DNA from: an uncultured Gammaproteobacteria bacterium | GTDB lineage: Bacteria > Patescibacteriota > Patescibacteriia > Magasanikbacterales > GWA2-37-8 | Length of the DNA stretch: 64,000 nt | NCBI GenBank assembly: GCA_964624315.1 | Contig: CAZUWJ010000001.1 | Coordinates: forward strand, 21,160 to 85,159 | Direction: 5' to 3' | Shown: positions 39,551 to 49,336 of the stretch, one piece after another | Position numbering within the stretch: position 1 is the first letter of the stretch | Layout of the letters: each line of letters starts with the position of its first letter | The notes under the pieces: model-generated | The model's input: only the letters and a program-made list of their open reading frames with translations | The model's database searches: none | Told to the model about the DNA's origin: nothing | Program-made: the position numbers and the translations under genes

Positions 39551-41272
39551 TTATTTTTTATTTATAAACAACAAACTCAACTTTATATCTTCGTAAGAAA
39601 CTTTTTCTTTTAAATATTTAAAGACTGATCGCAGTTTTATATTTCCACTTTCCAACAAATCAATCTTTCTATTTTTTATTTTAATATCCTTGACTGCTTT
39701 TTTAACTTTTTTAAAAATCTCTGCTTTTGGTTTAAAATATTCAATATCCAAATCAGGCGAAGACAGAACAATCTTTTGAATATGTTTTAAAATTGTATCT
39801 CTGGAACATCCCCTCTCTTTGACAATCTCCTCAATAGATTTCTTTTTTTCTAATAATTCTTTTGTCTCCTGCAGAGTCCCTACTTTCTTTTTTACTTTCT
39901 TTTTTTTCTTGAGCTTTACTGCGTTTCTTTTTATATCATCTTTTTTAAGTGTTCCATCATTTTTTAGAATAAACCCTTCAAACATTTTCGTCTTTTCCGA
40001 ATCACTAAACGAACCAAACTTTAAAACATTTAGATCTGAAGATTTTTTGATATGTTTATCAACTGCTGAAACTAAATTATCAACAGTCAAAGCTATATCG
40101 TTTAAACCCATCAAACGTAAACCAGAAATAGATTTTATCCTACTCAAAGCCACATAACCCTGCCCTGTTTCAAAAGTTTTTGACAAATCAATCTCGGCAG
40201 CGTCAAGCGTCATTCCCTGCGACTTATGCACTGTTAAGGCCCAAGCTAAGCGCAAAGGAACCTGTCTGATCTGAGCCACAATTGTACCTTTAGTATTTTC
40301 AAATTCCCAACTTTCTTTTTCGGCTGAGATTGTTTGACCTGAAAAAATCTTTACAACTGGAGCGCCAGTTATGCTATTAAAATCTATTATCTTGCCAAGA
40401 GTTCCATTTACATATCCTTTTTCATAATTATTTTTTATAAAAATAACTACTGCCCCTAATTTTAATTTTAATTCTTCTCTCACCAAAGAAGATTTAAATA
40501 TTTTCTCAACATTTTTCTTGGTGCCAGTATTGTCTGAAATAAATACTCTAGTTGGAGAACTAATCTTATTTAACTCTTCTTCATTTATTCTATCCACGTC
40601 TATGTTGTGAGTATATAGTTTTGTTATTTCAAAATCAGTTGGTAATTCTTTTCCCCGACACTCCTTGAATATTTCCATTGATTTAGCCGAAACTTTACCA
40701 GACCTGATTTCATCCAAAATATTTATCAACACTTCATCACTTTGCCTAAATTTTTCTTGCAAATAACAACTTCTAAAATCAACTTGTTTCCAAGATTCTG
40801 TTTGCCAAGCAAATTTTATTTCTCGTTTAGCTTTTGAAACTGGAGGAAGTTGAAAAAAATCTCCTGAAACTATGAGTTGTACCCCACCAAAAGGTTTGTC
40901 TACTTGTTTAAAACCTCGCAAGGCTCTATCCATAGTTGAAAAAATATCAGGCGAAACCATAGACACCTCATCTACTATCAAAACTTTTACTTTACTCAAA
41001 CGTTTATATAAAAATTCTTTTTGCAACAAACTGTCTATCATATACTCGTCGTAATAGTCTCTGATGCCAATGCCAAAAAAAGAATGGATAGTCATTCCTC
41101 CGATGTGAGAAGCGGCGATACCAGTTGGGGCAACAATAGAGGGTTTTATCCCCCTTTCTTTCAAATAGTCTATATACATATTTAAAAGATGCGTTTTACC
41201 TGTCCCGGCTGATCCGGTCAAAAAAACATTTCTCCCTGATTTTAATATTCCAAAAGCTATTTCTTGGTTCAT
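39551..41272 (-). CDS. Pif1/RecD-like SF1B helicase with C-terminal HTH
   Basis: FLTGSAGTGKT, TIHSFFG, DEVSM, GDFFQLPPV, TVHKSQGMTLD, YVALSR. Confidence 0.92.
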   Translation of the reverse strand: MNQEIAFGILKSGRNVFLTGSAGTGKTHLLNMYIDYLKERGIKPSIVAPTGIAASHIGGMTIHSFFGIGIRDYYDEYMIDSLLQKEFLYKRLSKVKVLIVDEVSMVSPDIFSTMDRALRGFKQVDKPFGGVQLIVSGDFFQLPPVSKAKREIKFAWQTESWKQVDFRSCYLQEKFRQSDEVLINILDEIRSGKVSAKSMEIFKECRGKELPTDFEITKLYTHNIDVDRINEEELNKISSPTRVFISDNTGTKKNVEKIFKSSLVREELKLKLGAVVIFIKNNYEKGYVNGTLGKIIDFNSITGAPVVKIFSGQTISAEKESWEFENTKGTIVAQIRQVPLRLAWALTVHKSQGMTLDAAEIDLSKTFETGQGYVALSRIKSISGLRLMGLNDIALTVDNLVSAVDKHIKKSSDLNVLKFGSFSDSEKTKMFEGFILKNDGTLKKDDIKRNAVKLKKKKKVKKKVGTLQETKELLEKKKSIEEIVKERGCSRDTILKHIQKIVLSSPDLDIEYFKPKAEIFKKVKKAVKDIKIKNRKIDLLESGNIKLRSVFKYLKEKVSYEDIKLSLLFINKK

Positions 41273-41417
41273 TTGAGTTTGCTTTATTTACAAAATAGAA
41301 ACCTATTATACCCCGCCTCTCTGCCCACTGCAACTCCACCCAAGAATACGACACCAAAAACTCGGCGAACAAGTAAAAAATCGCCGAGGTGGCGATTTTT
41401 TGATTTTTTATATATCC

Positions 41418-41591
41418 TTACTTCTTCCAATCACTAACATTAAAACTTTTACCTTTTTTCTTAATCACTACCTTTTGTTTTTCACGCCATCCAAATTCTC
41501 TCATTATCTCAATTGGGATAGTTATACAATAACTATCTCCACTTTTTGTTATTTTTCGGATAAGCTTGTCCTCTAATTTTCTTCTAGACAT
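41418..41591 (-). CDS. AbrB/MazE/SpoVT-like small protein (below ORF-track cutoff)
   Basis: Manual translation MSRRKLEDKLIRKITKSGDSYCITIPIEIMREFGWREKQKVVIKKKGKSFNVSDWKK (57 aa), paralog of 189-374. Confidence 0.75.
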   Translation of the reverse strand: MSRRKLEDKLIRKITKSGDSYCITIPIEIMREFGWREKQKVVIKKKGKSFNVSDWKK

Positions 41592-41707
41592 ATATTTTTT
41601 TATTTAAAAAGAAATCATGATTTAAATACTGATTTAAATCAGTATTTCTATTATATCACAAAACTACAGTGTTAAGGTAGTTTTGGGGTGTGTGATTATT
41701 TTTTGTT

Positions 41708-42655
41708 TTAATGTCTATTAATTTTAGAGATGTGTTTTCTGAATGCTTTATCCATTCTTACTGCACTATCAATTAAAAATTCATTCATTTTTCCCCAATC
41801 ATCTTTATTAGACACATCAACTCCATCTAGCTGATTTTTAATTCTAGAAGTTACATTATCCTCCATCCTTTCCCAAATTAATTCATTTCCGAAATCAGTT
41901 TCTATCTTCTCTTTTTGTGTAAAGAAATAATCAAATATTTTTTTATTTTCTTCTTGAGTACCTCTATTAATATAAATTTCTGCTCTAGCATATTTTTTAG
42001 ATATAACAATATTTACACTTACCCCACCCATACCAATTGCTATCGGAAGCCAATTTTCTGTTCCCGGGTTAACATTACTACACATTGAATTTGTTTTATT
42101 TATTTCGTTGATAAATTGTGTCCAAAATTCTTTTCTTATAATATGTCTTTGTGCGTATTCCTTCTTTTCAGCTCCAATTTGTTTAATTTTTACACTTGGC
42201 CTTTTAACAACAGTAAAAAGAGGGCCTGCTATTGGTTCATTTCCAATTTTTATCGCCTCTAGCTGTATTAAATAAAATGAAATATCATCAGGAGTAGTTT
42301 CGTTTAACCAATCAATCGCCTTCTTATGTTCCTCTACGGGATGGCTTGAAATCCAAATAGCAGTTTTTGCTTCAAGATTTGTTAAATACGTAATTATTTG
42401 TCCAAGATGCGTATGGTCTGTTTTCTCTAATTGATTTTCAATGATTACTTTATTTCCGTAGTTATCTTCTCCATACAAATCAACACGAAAAGGTCCCACA
42501 TTTTCTTCTCGTGATTCAATACTTATATCAAAACCTATAACATCATTGAGATAATCTATATTTTCTTCAAGCCATCTAGTAAAATCTTTATCTTCTTTTT
42601 TCCAAAGTTCTCGTAATGGTACTTTTTTTATTTTTCCAATTAAATTATTTTGCAT
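41708..42655 (-). CDS. DUF4268-type protein with N-terminal PD-(D/E)xK-like domain
   Basis: LRELWKKE..FT.WL, VDL, IIENQLEKTDH.HLGQ; C-terminal FW..F, L.WERM. Confidence 0.75.
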   Translation of the reverse strand: MQNNLIGKIKKVPLRELWKKEDKDFTRWLEENIDYLNDVIGFDISIESREENVGPFRVDLYGEDNYGNKVIIENQLEKTDHTHLGQIITYLTNLEAKTAIWISSHPVEEHKKAIDWLNETTPDDISFYLIQLEAIKIGNEPIAGPLFTVVKRPSVKIKQIGAEKKEYAQRHIIRKEFWTQFINEINKTNSMCSNVNPGTENWLPIAIGMGGVSVNIVISKKYARAEIYINRGTQEENKKIFDYFFTQKEKIETDFGNELIWERMEDNVTSRIKNQLDGVDVSNKDDWGKMNEFLIDSAVRMDKAFRKHISKINRH

Positions 42656-42660
42656 AGTTT

Positions 42661-42768
42661 TTAGATTATATAATATAAATATTTTTTAGTTAATCTTAGT
42701 GGAATTATTTGTCCACCATATTCACCAAAATAACCTCCGGCATTTGGTTTATTATTTACTTTGTTCAT
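42661..42768 (-). pseudogene. Probable trpB 5' remnant
   Basis: MNKVNNKPNAGGYFGEYGGQIIP resembles the TrpB N-terminal P...GYFG.(F/Y)GG..(V/I)P motif, then stops after 35 aa. Confidence 0.55.
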
Positions 42769-42867
42769 ATATTTTATGTTTATTTTAAATTTAAATACAA
42801 TAACACTCACAAATTACTCCGCCAACTAAAGGTTGCTTTGTTGTAATATAAATATCTCATAAATTTC

Positions 42868-42984
42868 AATAATAAAAACTGCCCAACATACGAAGATGAT
42901 GAGCAGTTTTTAAAAAATTACAAAACCCTACTCAGCACCGTGAGTAGCCCAACAACTGTTATTTTGTAAATTATGTAATTCCAT
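42868..42984 (-). promoter_or_regulatory. Probable trp-type attenuator (leader peptide plus terminator)
   Basis: ORF 42984-42928 MELHNLQNNSCWATHGAE, hairpin CTACTCA/TGAGTAG, terminator stem 42874-42911. Confidence 0.5.
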
Positions 42985-43082
42985 GTATTTATTTTAGCAT
43001 AGAAAATGAAATTTGACAATAGTTTTTATTTAAAAAAAATACGAGATTAAATCCCGTATTTACATATCCTTAAAAGGGCAGT

Positions 43083-43583
43083 TTAGAGAGCTCGGTAAAC
43101 GATTTTTTCAGCGAACTCGCCATAGTCTATGCCAAGCTTAAGTACAATACGCTTGCAAAAAGCCTCCCAAACCTCATCATCCAAACCTTTTGGGCGGAGG
43201 TCGTCATATCCATCAGTCGGTTGAAATGCTTCTACCAAGGTAGCCTTGGCATACAGTTCATTTGCATCAAAACCATGGACCTCCACAAGATCGCGGAGTA
43301 TCTGTAGACTAGCCGTGGTAGAGTCTCCGTCTATATCACGGGGAATAGTCATCATGGAATCCATGACAATTACTTCAAGGTCGTTGAAATTCTTAATAAT
43401 AGATTCAATAACACCGTGATAGTCCCCCATAAAACCGATGTAACTATCCTTGTTATCGAACATATCACCCCAGCTTAACACATGGTCAGCCGGAATCTTG
43501 CCTTTGTCTTTTAACCTCTTTGCGATCTCGTTGGCCAAAAGCTCGGGAAATGGTCGTGAAGTATCCACTATCAAAATTTTCAT
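43083..43583 (-). CDS. Hypothetical protein, receiver-like N-terminus
   Basis: MKILIVD start, AGGAG RBS, GC higher than flanks. Confidence 0.65.
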   Translation of the reverse strand: MKILIVDTSRPFPELLANEIAKRLKDKGKIPADHVLSWGDMFDNKDSYIGFMGDYHGVIESIIKNFNDLEVIVMDSMMTIPRDIDGDSTTASLQILRDLVEVHGFDANELYAKATLVEAFQPTDGYDDLRPKGLDDEVWEAFCKRIVLKLGIDYGEFAEKIVYRAL

Positions 43584-43792
43584 GGTCTCTCTCCTGCTCC
43601 TAGGTTGGATAGGTTGGGTCTGAATAAAAGCTTTGTTTAATTATTTTTAACATAAATTGTAAATAAAGTCAATATTAATAAGAGGGGTTTTAAATAACCA
43701 AATCAAAAAACCTGCCATTACAGCAGGTTTTTTGATTTAAAGTATTTTTTCATCGTTCGCCATAGCTTTAAAGCGAAGGCGAATTTTCCATA

Positions 43793-45175
43793 CTACTTCT
43801 CTTCCCCAACACTAGACTCTTCGTCAGTGTGGGACTTCGCTTCGCTCGCTTTTACTTCAGCCTCTGGTTCTTCTACTTTAGTTTCCTCTTTTTTCTTTTT
43901 TTTCTTTTCTTTCTTCTCTTTTTTTACTTCAGCCTTTGGCTTTTCTTCCCCGACACTAGACTCTTCGCCAACTGGCAAATCGTCAGTGTGAGACTTCGCT
44001 TCGCTCACTTTTTCAACTTTCTTTTCTTTTACTTCCTTTTCTTCCTTGTCCGCAGTAACTTTAGCGGAGGTGGATTTGCCTTTTACTCCTGCCAAACGAA
44101 GACCTAATCTGTGTTCAGCTGGCTCCATTGAAACTATTTCAAAATCTAGTTCTTGTCCAATTGTGAATTCTTTATTAATATCACCCATCGGTTTATTTGA
44201 TAGTTCACTAACATGAGCTAAGCCATGGATATCACTGTCTAGCGCTACCATCAAACCAAAACCTTCAACTTTCAAAATCTTTCCTTTTACCACACTACCT
44301 ACTTTATATTTTTCTTTTACACCTTTCCAAGGATCTTCAACATTTCTTTTGATAGATAGATAAATTTTTGATTTATCAAGTTGAATAATTTGAGCTTTTA
44401 CTTTATCGCCTACTTTCAAAATATCTCTTGGGTGATCAATTCTTTGCCAAGCGATTTCTGAAATATGGACCAAACCTTCTAAACCTTCGCCGAAACGAAT
44501 AAAGGCACCAAATGAAGTTAGAGCATTTACTTCGCCCTCTACAACATCGCCTACTTTATAAGATTCTAACACAGCTTTTTGAGAATCTTCCCAAACAGCT
44601 CTCTCAGATACTATTAATTTTTCATCATTTTCATCAGCATCAATCACTTTTACTTCTACTTCTCCACCTATTAAACTTTGTAATTTTTCTAAAATTCTAT
44701 TTTTATCTCCACCTGAAACACGAGGATAGTTTTCTGGACTTAATTGAGAAACAGGCATAAAACCTGACAAAGCATCAACTTTCATCATTAAACCACCTTT
44801 ATTAGCTGCTAAAATCTTAGCTTTAACAGTCAAACCGTCTTTCATTAATTTTTTAACAGCGTCCCAAGCACGCTTAAACCCAGCAATACGGAAAGAAAGT
44901 TCCATCTCACCATTTTCATTTTCTGATTCTATTACTGTGGCTTCAGCTTCAGTACCTACTTTCAAATCTGTATATTCACTTGATTCAGCAAATAACTCTG
45001 GTCCACGAACAACACCAACAGTCATACCTTCAATATCAAGATGAATTTGACCTTTTTCAACACTAATAATATTACCTTTAACAACATCACCAACTTTTGG
45101 TAATTGGTTAAAAAAGTCTTTTAGCAGATCTTTAAAATCCTCTGCTTTTTTGTCTAATATTTTGTCTTCAGACAT
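43793..45175 (-). CDS. rpsA: 30S ribosomal protein S1 (four S1 domains plus charged tail)
   Basis: Repeated S1 motifs FGAFI..EGLVHISE, GLAHVSEL. Confidence 0.93.
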   Translation of the reverse strand: MSEDKILDKKAEDFKDLLKDFFNQLPKVGDVVKGNIISVEKGQIHLDIEGMTVGVVRGPELFAESSEYTDLKVGTEAEATVIESENENGEMELSFRIAGFKRAWDAVKKLMKDGLTVKAKILAANKGGLMMKVDALSGFMPVSQLSPENYPRVSGGDKNRILEKLQSLIGGEVEVKVIDADENDEKLIVSERAVWEDSQKAVLESYKVGDVVEGEVNALTSFGAFIRFGEGLEGLVHISEIAWQRIDHPRDILKVGDKVKAQIIQLDKSKIYLSIKRNVEDPWKGVKEKYKVGSVVKGKILKVEGFGLMVALDSDIHGLAHVSELSNKPMGDINKEFTIGQELDFEIVSMEPAEHRLGLRLAGVKGKSTSAKVTADKEEKEVKEKKVEKVSEAKSHTDDLPVGEESSVGEEKPKAEVKKEKKEKKKKKKEETKVEEPEAEVKASEAKSHTDEESSVGEEK

Positions 45176-45705
45176 AAAAAAAATACCTATTTAGCCCCTC
45201 CTAAGATTAATTAGGAAAGAGTGTTCCTCTCTAAGTTGGAGAAACTTTGATTATAAATTTTAAGTACCTAGAGTATACCAGATTTTTAAAAGAATGTCAA
45301 TAAAAAGAAAAACCGCTAGCCAACGGACTTTCTAAAGATAATGAAGGTTACTGGGCCTTTTTACTTTTCAAGGCAACCTACACGTTGGCTAGCGACTTTA
45401 TACTAAAGAATATATCTAAGACACGTCATAGGACGCACCTCCTTTATATCTAAAGAATTGTTAAGAAACGATCCAACCGGCTATTTTGCGGTTGGGACAA
45501 AGAAAGGAGCCTCCTTTCTCCTTCATACAGAAGGACCAAACTGGTCCAACAAAAATATCACAAATCAACAAAATTGTCAACTTACACCCCTTTTTAAAAC
45601 CCAGCCACATCTTGCCTAACTCGGAATAATATGATAAAATATATGCGTTGTTAAAAACATAAACAATCTAAAGGAGTGTTTATTGTTATTTACTAATTAA
45701 AAAAT

Positions 45706-46320
45706 ATGCATATATCATGGCTCGGGCAAACTTGCATTAAGCTACAAACAAAAAAATTAAATGACGATGTTGTTGTATTGATAGACCCCTACAAACCAGA
45801 AAAAGGGACATTTCCTAGAAATTTAGCCCCTCAAATAGCAGTGTTATCCAAGGGGCGAAAAAACACTATTACCCTAAGTCAAGATTCATTTATCATTGAT
45901 TCACTGGGAGAAATAGAAGTAAAAAATGTGATGATTTATTCTTACCCGGCAGAAAAACAATCAGTCTTTAAAATCAATGCTGAAGGACTAAACATTGTTC
46001 ACTTGTCTGATATTAATAAAAAACCACCTCAATCCACTATGGATAAAATCGCTGATCCTGATATTTTAATAATTCCTGTGGGAGATAATGAAAAATATTT
46101 AAATACCAAAGAAGCTAACGCCATTATCGGCGAATTAGAACCAAAAATTATAATACCAATGGCTTACAAATGTGATAGTGACCCAACTGCCAAAGGTTTA
46201 GAAGATTTTATAAAAGAAATCGGATTAGCTCCAAAAACTACTGATAAAAAAGTAATCATAAAGCAAAAAGATTTACCTCAAGATAGAATGGAACTAATCG
46301 TTTTAGAAAAAAGCGTTTAA
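45706..46320 (+). CDS. MBL-fold metallo-hydrolase-like protein
   Basis: MHISWLGQTC, IDPY, VHLSD, PKIIIPM; metal-binding His motif degenerate. Confidence 0.75.
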   Translation: MHISWLGQTCIKLQTKKLNDDVVVLIDPYKPEKGTFPRNLAPQIAVLSKGRKNTITLSQDSFIIDSLGEIEVKNVMIYSYPAEKQSVFKINAEGLNIVHLSDINKKPPQSTMDKIADPDILIIPVGDNEKYLNTKEANAIIGELEPKIIIPMAYKCDSDPTAKGLEDFIKEIGLAPKTTDKKVIIKQKDLPQDRMELIVLEKSV

Positions 46321-46330
46321 AATATAAACT

Positions 46331-46690
46331 ATGTCAAACAAATATAAAATTCCAGAAAGATACAACCATGAAAAAAAGATAAAAAAATGGATGTGGGTAG
46401 GAGTTGTTACTTTTGTTTTAATAATTTTATTTTTTTGGGCCTTAGCTGCTAAAATGAAACTAGGTAATGTTGACTGGGGTAATATTCAAGAAAAAAACCT
46501 AATAGAAAATACTGCCCAAAACTGGGATGAAGTTTTTATAGAAGAAAAAGAAAAACAACTAGCCAAAGACAAGGAAGAAGTTAAAGAAAAAATACAAAAT
46601 ATAATAGAGATACTAGACACTGCTACTTCAAGCGTTAGTAGTACCCCTGACACAACCACTACAACAATTTTAACAACTACAACAAAATAA
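46331..46690 (+). CDS. Hypothetical single-TM protein
   Basis: Hydrophobic segment aa 20-38, Thr-rich tail. Confidence 0.65.
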   Translation: MSNKYKIPERYNHEKKIKKWMWVGVVTFVLIILFFWALAAKMKLGNVDWGNIQEKNLIENTAQNWDEVFIEEKEKQLAKDKEEVKEKIQNIIEILDTATSSVSSTPDTTTTTILTTTTK

Positions 46691-46692
46691 AT

Positions 46693-49158
46693 ATGCCACA
46701 AGATTCATTATTGCCAAAAAATCAAATAGGAGAACTAAGAGACATCCCTATCGTAGAAGAAATGGAACGATCATATTTAGAATATGCTATGAGCGTTATT
46801 GTTTCACGTGCCTTACCAGATGTTCGCGATGGCTTGAAACCAGTGCACAGACGTATTCTATATGCTATGTGGGAAATCGGTTTAAGACATAATGCCAAAT
46901 TCAGAAAATCAGCTCATGTAGTCGGTGCAGTGATGGCCAAATATCATCCGCATGGAGATAGTGCTATTTATGATTCTATGGTACGTATGGCCCAAGATTT
47001 TTCCATGCGTGCTCAGATGGTAAACGGTCAAGGTAACTTTGGTTCAATGGACGGAGATAGTGCTGCGGCTATGCGTTATACAGAAGCCAAACTTCGAGCT
47101 ATTGCCGAAGAAATGTTATTTGACATAGAAAAAGACACTGTCAATTTTGTACCCAACTACGATGAGTCCACCAAAGAACCATCAGTTTTACCAGCCAAAT
47201 TACCTCAACTACTTTTAAATGGTAGTACTGGTATCGCCGTTGGTATGGCCACTTCTATTCCTCCCCATAATTTGGGAGAAATTTGTGACGCGGTAACTGC
47301 TTTAATAGACAACCCAGATACTGGTATCGAAGAAATGGTTAATATTATCAAAGGACCAGACTTCCCTACTGGCGGTATTATTTATAATAAAAAAGATATA
47401 CTAGAAGCTTTGGCTACTGGTAGAGGCGGCGTTGTGGTAAGAGCTAAAACAGATATTCAAGAAAAAAAGAGCGGACAATTTCAAATAATCGTAACCGAGG
47501 TTCCCTACCAAGTAAACAAAGCTAATCTTTTAGAAAAAATTGCCAACCTTGTTCAAGAAAAAAAGATAGAAGGTATCAGAGATTTGCGTGATGAATCTAA
47601 TAAAGATGGTGTTCGTGTGGTGATAGAACTAAAAAAAGATGCTTTCCCTAAAAAAGTTTTAAACAGGCTATTCAAACTAACTGATTTACAAACAACTTTT
47701 CATTATAATACTTTAGCTTTGATAGACGGTATCCAACCCAGAATATTAAATGTCAAAAATATTTTAGAAGAGTTTATAAAACACAGAAAAGAAGTAGTCA
47801 AAAGAAGAACTGCGTTTGATCTAAATAAAGCCAAGGAAAGAGCTCATATTTTAGAAGGTCTTAAAAAAGCACTTGATAAAATAGACGCTGTTATCAAAAC
47901 TATTAAAGCTTCCAAGGATAAAGAAGTCGCCCGAACAAATTTAATGAAGACATTTAAATTTACCGAGAGACAAGCTGTGGCTATTTTGGAAATGCGTTTG
48001 CAACAATTAGCAAACTTAGAAAGTAAAAAGATTGAAGATGAATTAAAAGAAAAACAAACCATCATAAAAGAGTTAGGAACTTTGCTGGCCTCTGATAAAA
48101 AAATATTAAAACTTATAAAAACCGAGACTCTAGAGATGAAAGAAAAATATGCTGATAAAAGAAGGACTCAAATAATCCCTCATGGAGTAAAAGAATTTAA
48201 AATTGAAGATTTGGTTCCTAATGAACCAACCTTAGTAATGATTACTACTGATGGATACATAAAACGTTTACCACCTGATACTTTCCGTCAACAATCACGC
48301 GGAGGCAAAGGAGTTATCGGAACAAATTCAAAAGAAGAAGAGAGCGTTGATGAGTTATCTTTGATTAATACTCATGATGACATCATGTTCTTTACTAACA
48401 GAGGACGCGTCTTCAAACTAAAGGCCTACGACATCCCACAGGCTAGTCGCACTGCCAAAGGACAGGCATTAGTAAACTTCTTACAACTTGGCCCAGCAGA
48501 AACTACGACTGCCTTTTTAGCTTTTTCTAATACCAAAAATATCAAAAACCTAGTAATGGTAACTAAAAAAGGATTAATAAAGAAAACTCCTTTAGAAGAT
48601 TTCACTAATGTCAGGAGAGGTGGTTTAATAGCTATCAAATTAAAAGAAGAAGATCATCTAGAATGGGTTGAACCATCATCTGGCAACGACGAGATAATGA
48701 TTGCCACCAAAAAAGGACAGGCAATAAGATTCAAAGAAAAGAACGCTCGCCCAATGGGCAGATCAGCCAGTGGTGTTAGAGCTATCAAATTAAAAAGTAC
48801 TGACGAAGTAATTGCTATGGATGTTGTTGACCCAAAAAATAAAAATCTTGAACTTTTAACTATTTCTGAAAACGGTTTGGGTAAGCGCACTAAAATCTCT
48901 CAATACAAAGTCCAAGGCAGAGGCGGTAGTGGTATCAAAACTATTGATATGACCAAAAAAACTGGTGAACTAATCTTTGCTAAAGCAGTTGACTCTAGCG
49001 AGAAAGCTGACAGCGATGTATTACTCATGTCTACAAAAGGACAAGTAATACGATTGCCTTACAAATCTGTTTCCACTTCTGGTCGCGCCACTCAAGGTGT
49101 GAGACTAATGAGATTCAAAGCAGGTGGAGATAAAGTTTCAGGCGTAGCAATGATATAA
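46693..49158 (+). CDS. gyrA: DNA gyrase subunit A
   Basis: [26 protein letters not shown], GyrA box QSRGGKG. Confidence 0.97.
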   Translation: MPQDSLLPKNQIGELRDIPIVEEMERSYLEYAMSVIVSRALPDVRDGLKPVHRRILYAMWEIGLRHNAKFRKSAHVVGAVMAKYHPHGDSAIYDSMVRMAQDFSMRAQMVNGQGNFGSMDGDSAAAMRYTEAKLRAIAEEMLFDIEKDTVNFVPNYDESTKEPSVLPAKLPQLLLNGSTGIAVGMATSIPPHNLGEICDAVTALIDNPDTGIEEMVNIIKGPDFPTGGIIYNKKDILEALATGRGGVVVRAKTDIQEKKSGQFQIIVTEVPYQVNKANLLEKIANLVQEKKIEGIRDLRDESNKDGVRVVIELKKDAFPKKVLNRLFKLTDLQTTFHYNTLALIDGIQPRILNVKNILEEFIKHRKEVVKRRTAFDLNKAKERAHILEGLKKALDKIDAVIKTIKASKDKEVARTNLMKTFKFTERQAVAILEMRLQQLANLESKKIEDELKEKQTIIKELGTLLASDKKILKLIKTETLEMKEKYADKRRTQIIPHGVKEFKIEDLVPNEPTLVMITTDGYIKRLPPDTFRQQSRGGKGVIGTNSKEEESVDELSLINTHDDIMFFTNRGRVFKLKAYDIPQASRTAKGQALVNFLQLGPAETTTAFLAFSNTKNIKNLVMVTKKGLIKKTPLEDFTNVRRGGLIAIKLKEEDHLEWVEPSSGNDEIMIATKKGQAIRFKEKNARPMGRSASGVRAIKLKSTDEVIAMDVVDPKNKNLELLTISENGLGKRTKISQYKVQGRGGSGIKTIDMTKKTGELIFAKAVDSSEKADSDVLLMSTKGQVIRLPYKSVSTSGRATQGVRLMRFKAGGDKVSGVAMI

Positions 49159-49238
49159 AATAAATACAAATAAAAAATACATATCCGCCAACTGGCGGAT
49201 ATGTATTTTTTTTAGTTGTATTATAACGTGACGTTCAC

Positions 49239-49317
49239 TGTCATTCCCGCGAAAGCGAGAATCCAGAAACGTTTTATTGGTAAATTCTCCTGGATCCCCG
49301 CTTTCGCGGGGATGACA
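49239..49317. repeat. REP-like palindromic element (CCCGCGAAAGCG subfamily)
   Basis: TGTCATTCCCGCGAAAGCGAGAATCCAG ... CTGGATCCCCGCTTTCGCGGGGATGACA. Confidence 0.85.
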
Positions 49318-49336
49318 ATCCATTTTTGCTTACTTA

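Noticed and set aside
46800-46812. parS-like half site TGTTTCACGTG
   Set aside because: Inside gyrA coding sequence and the second arm does not match
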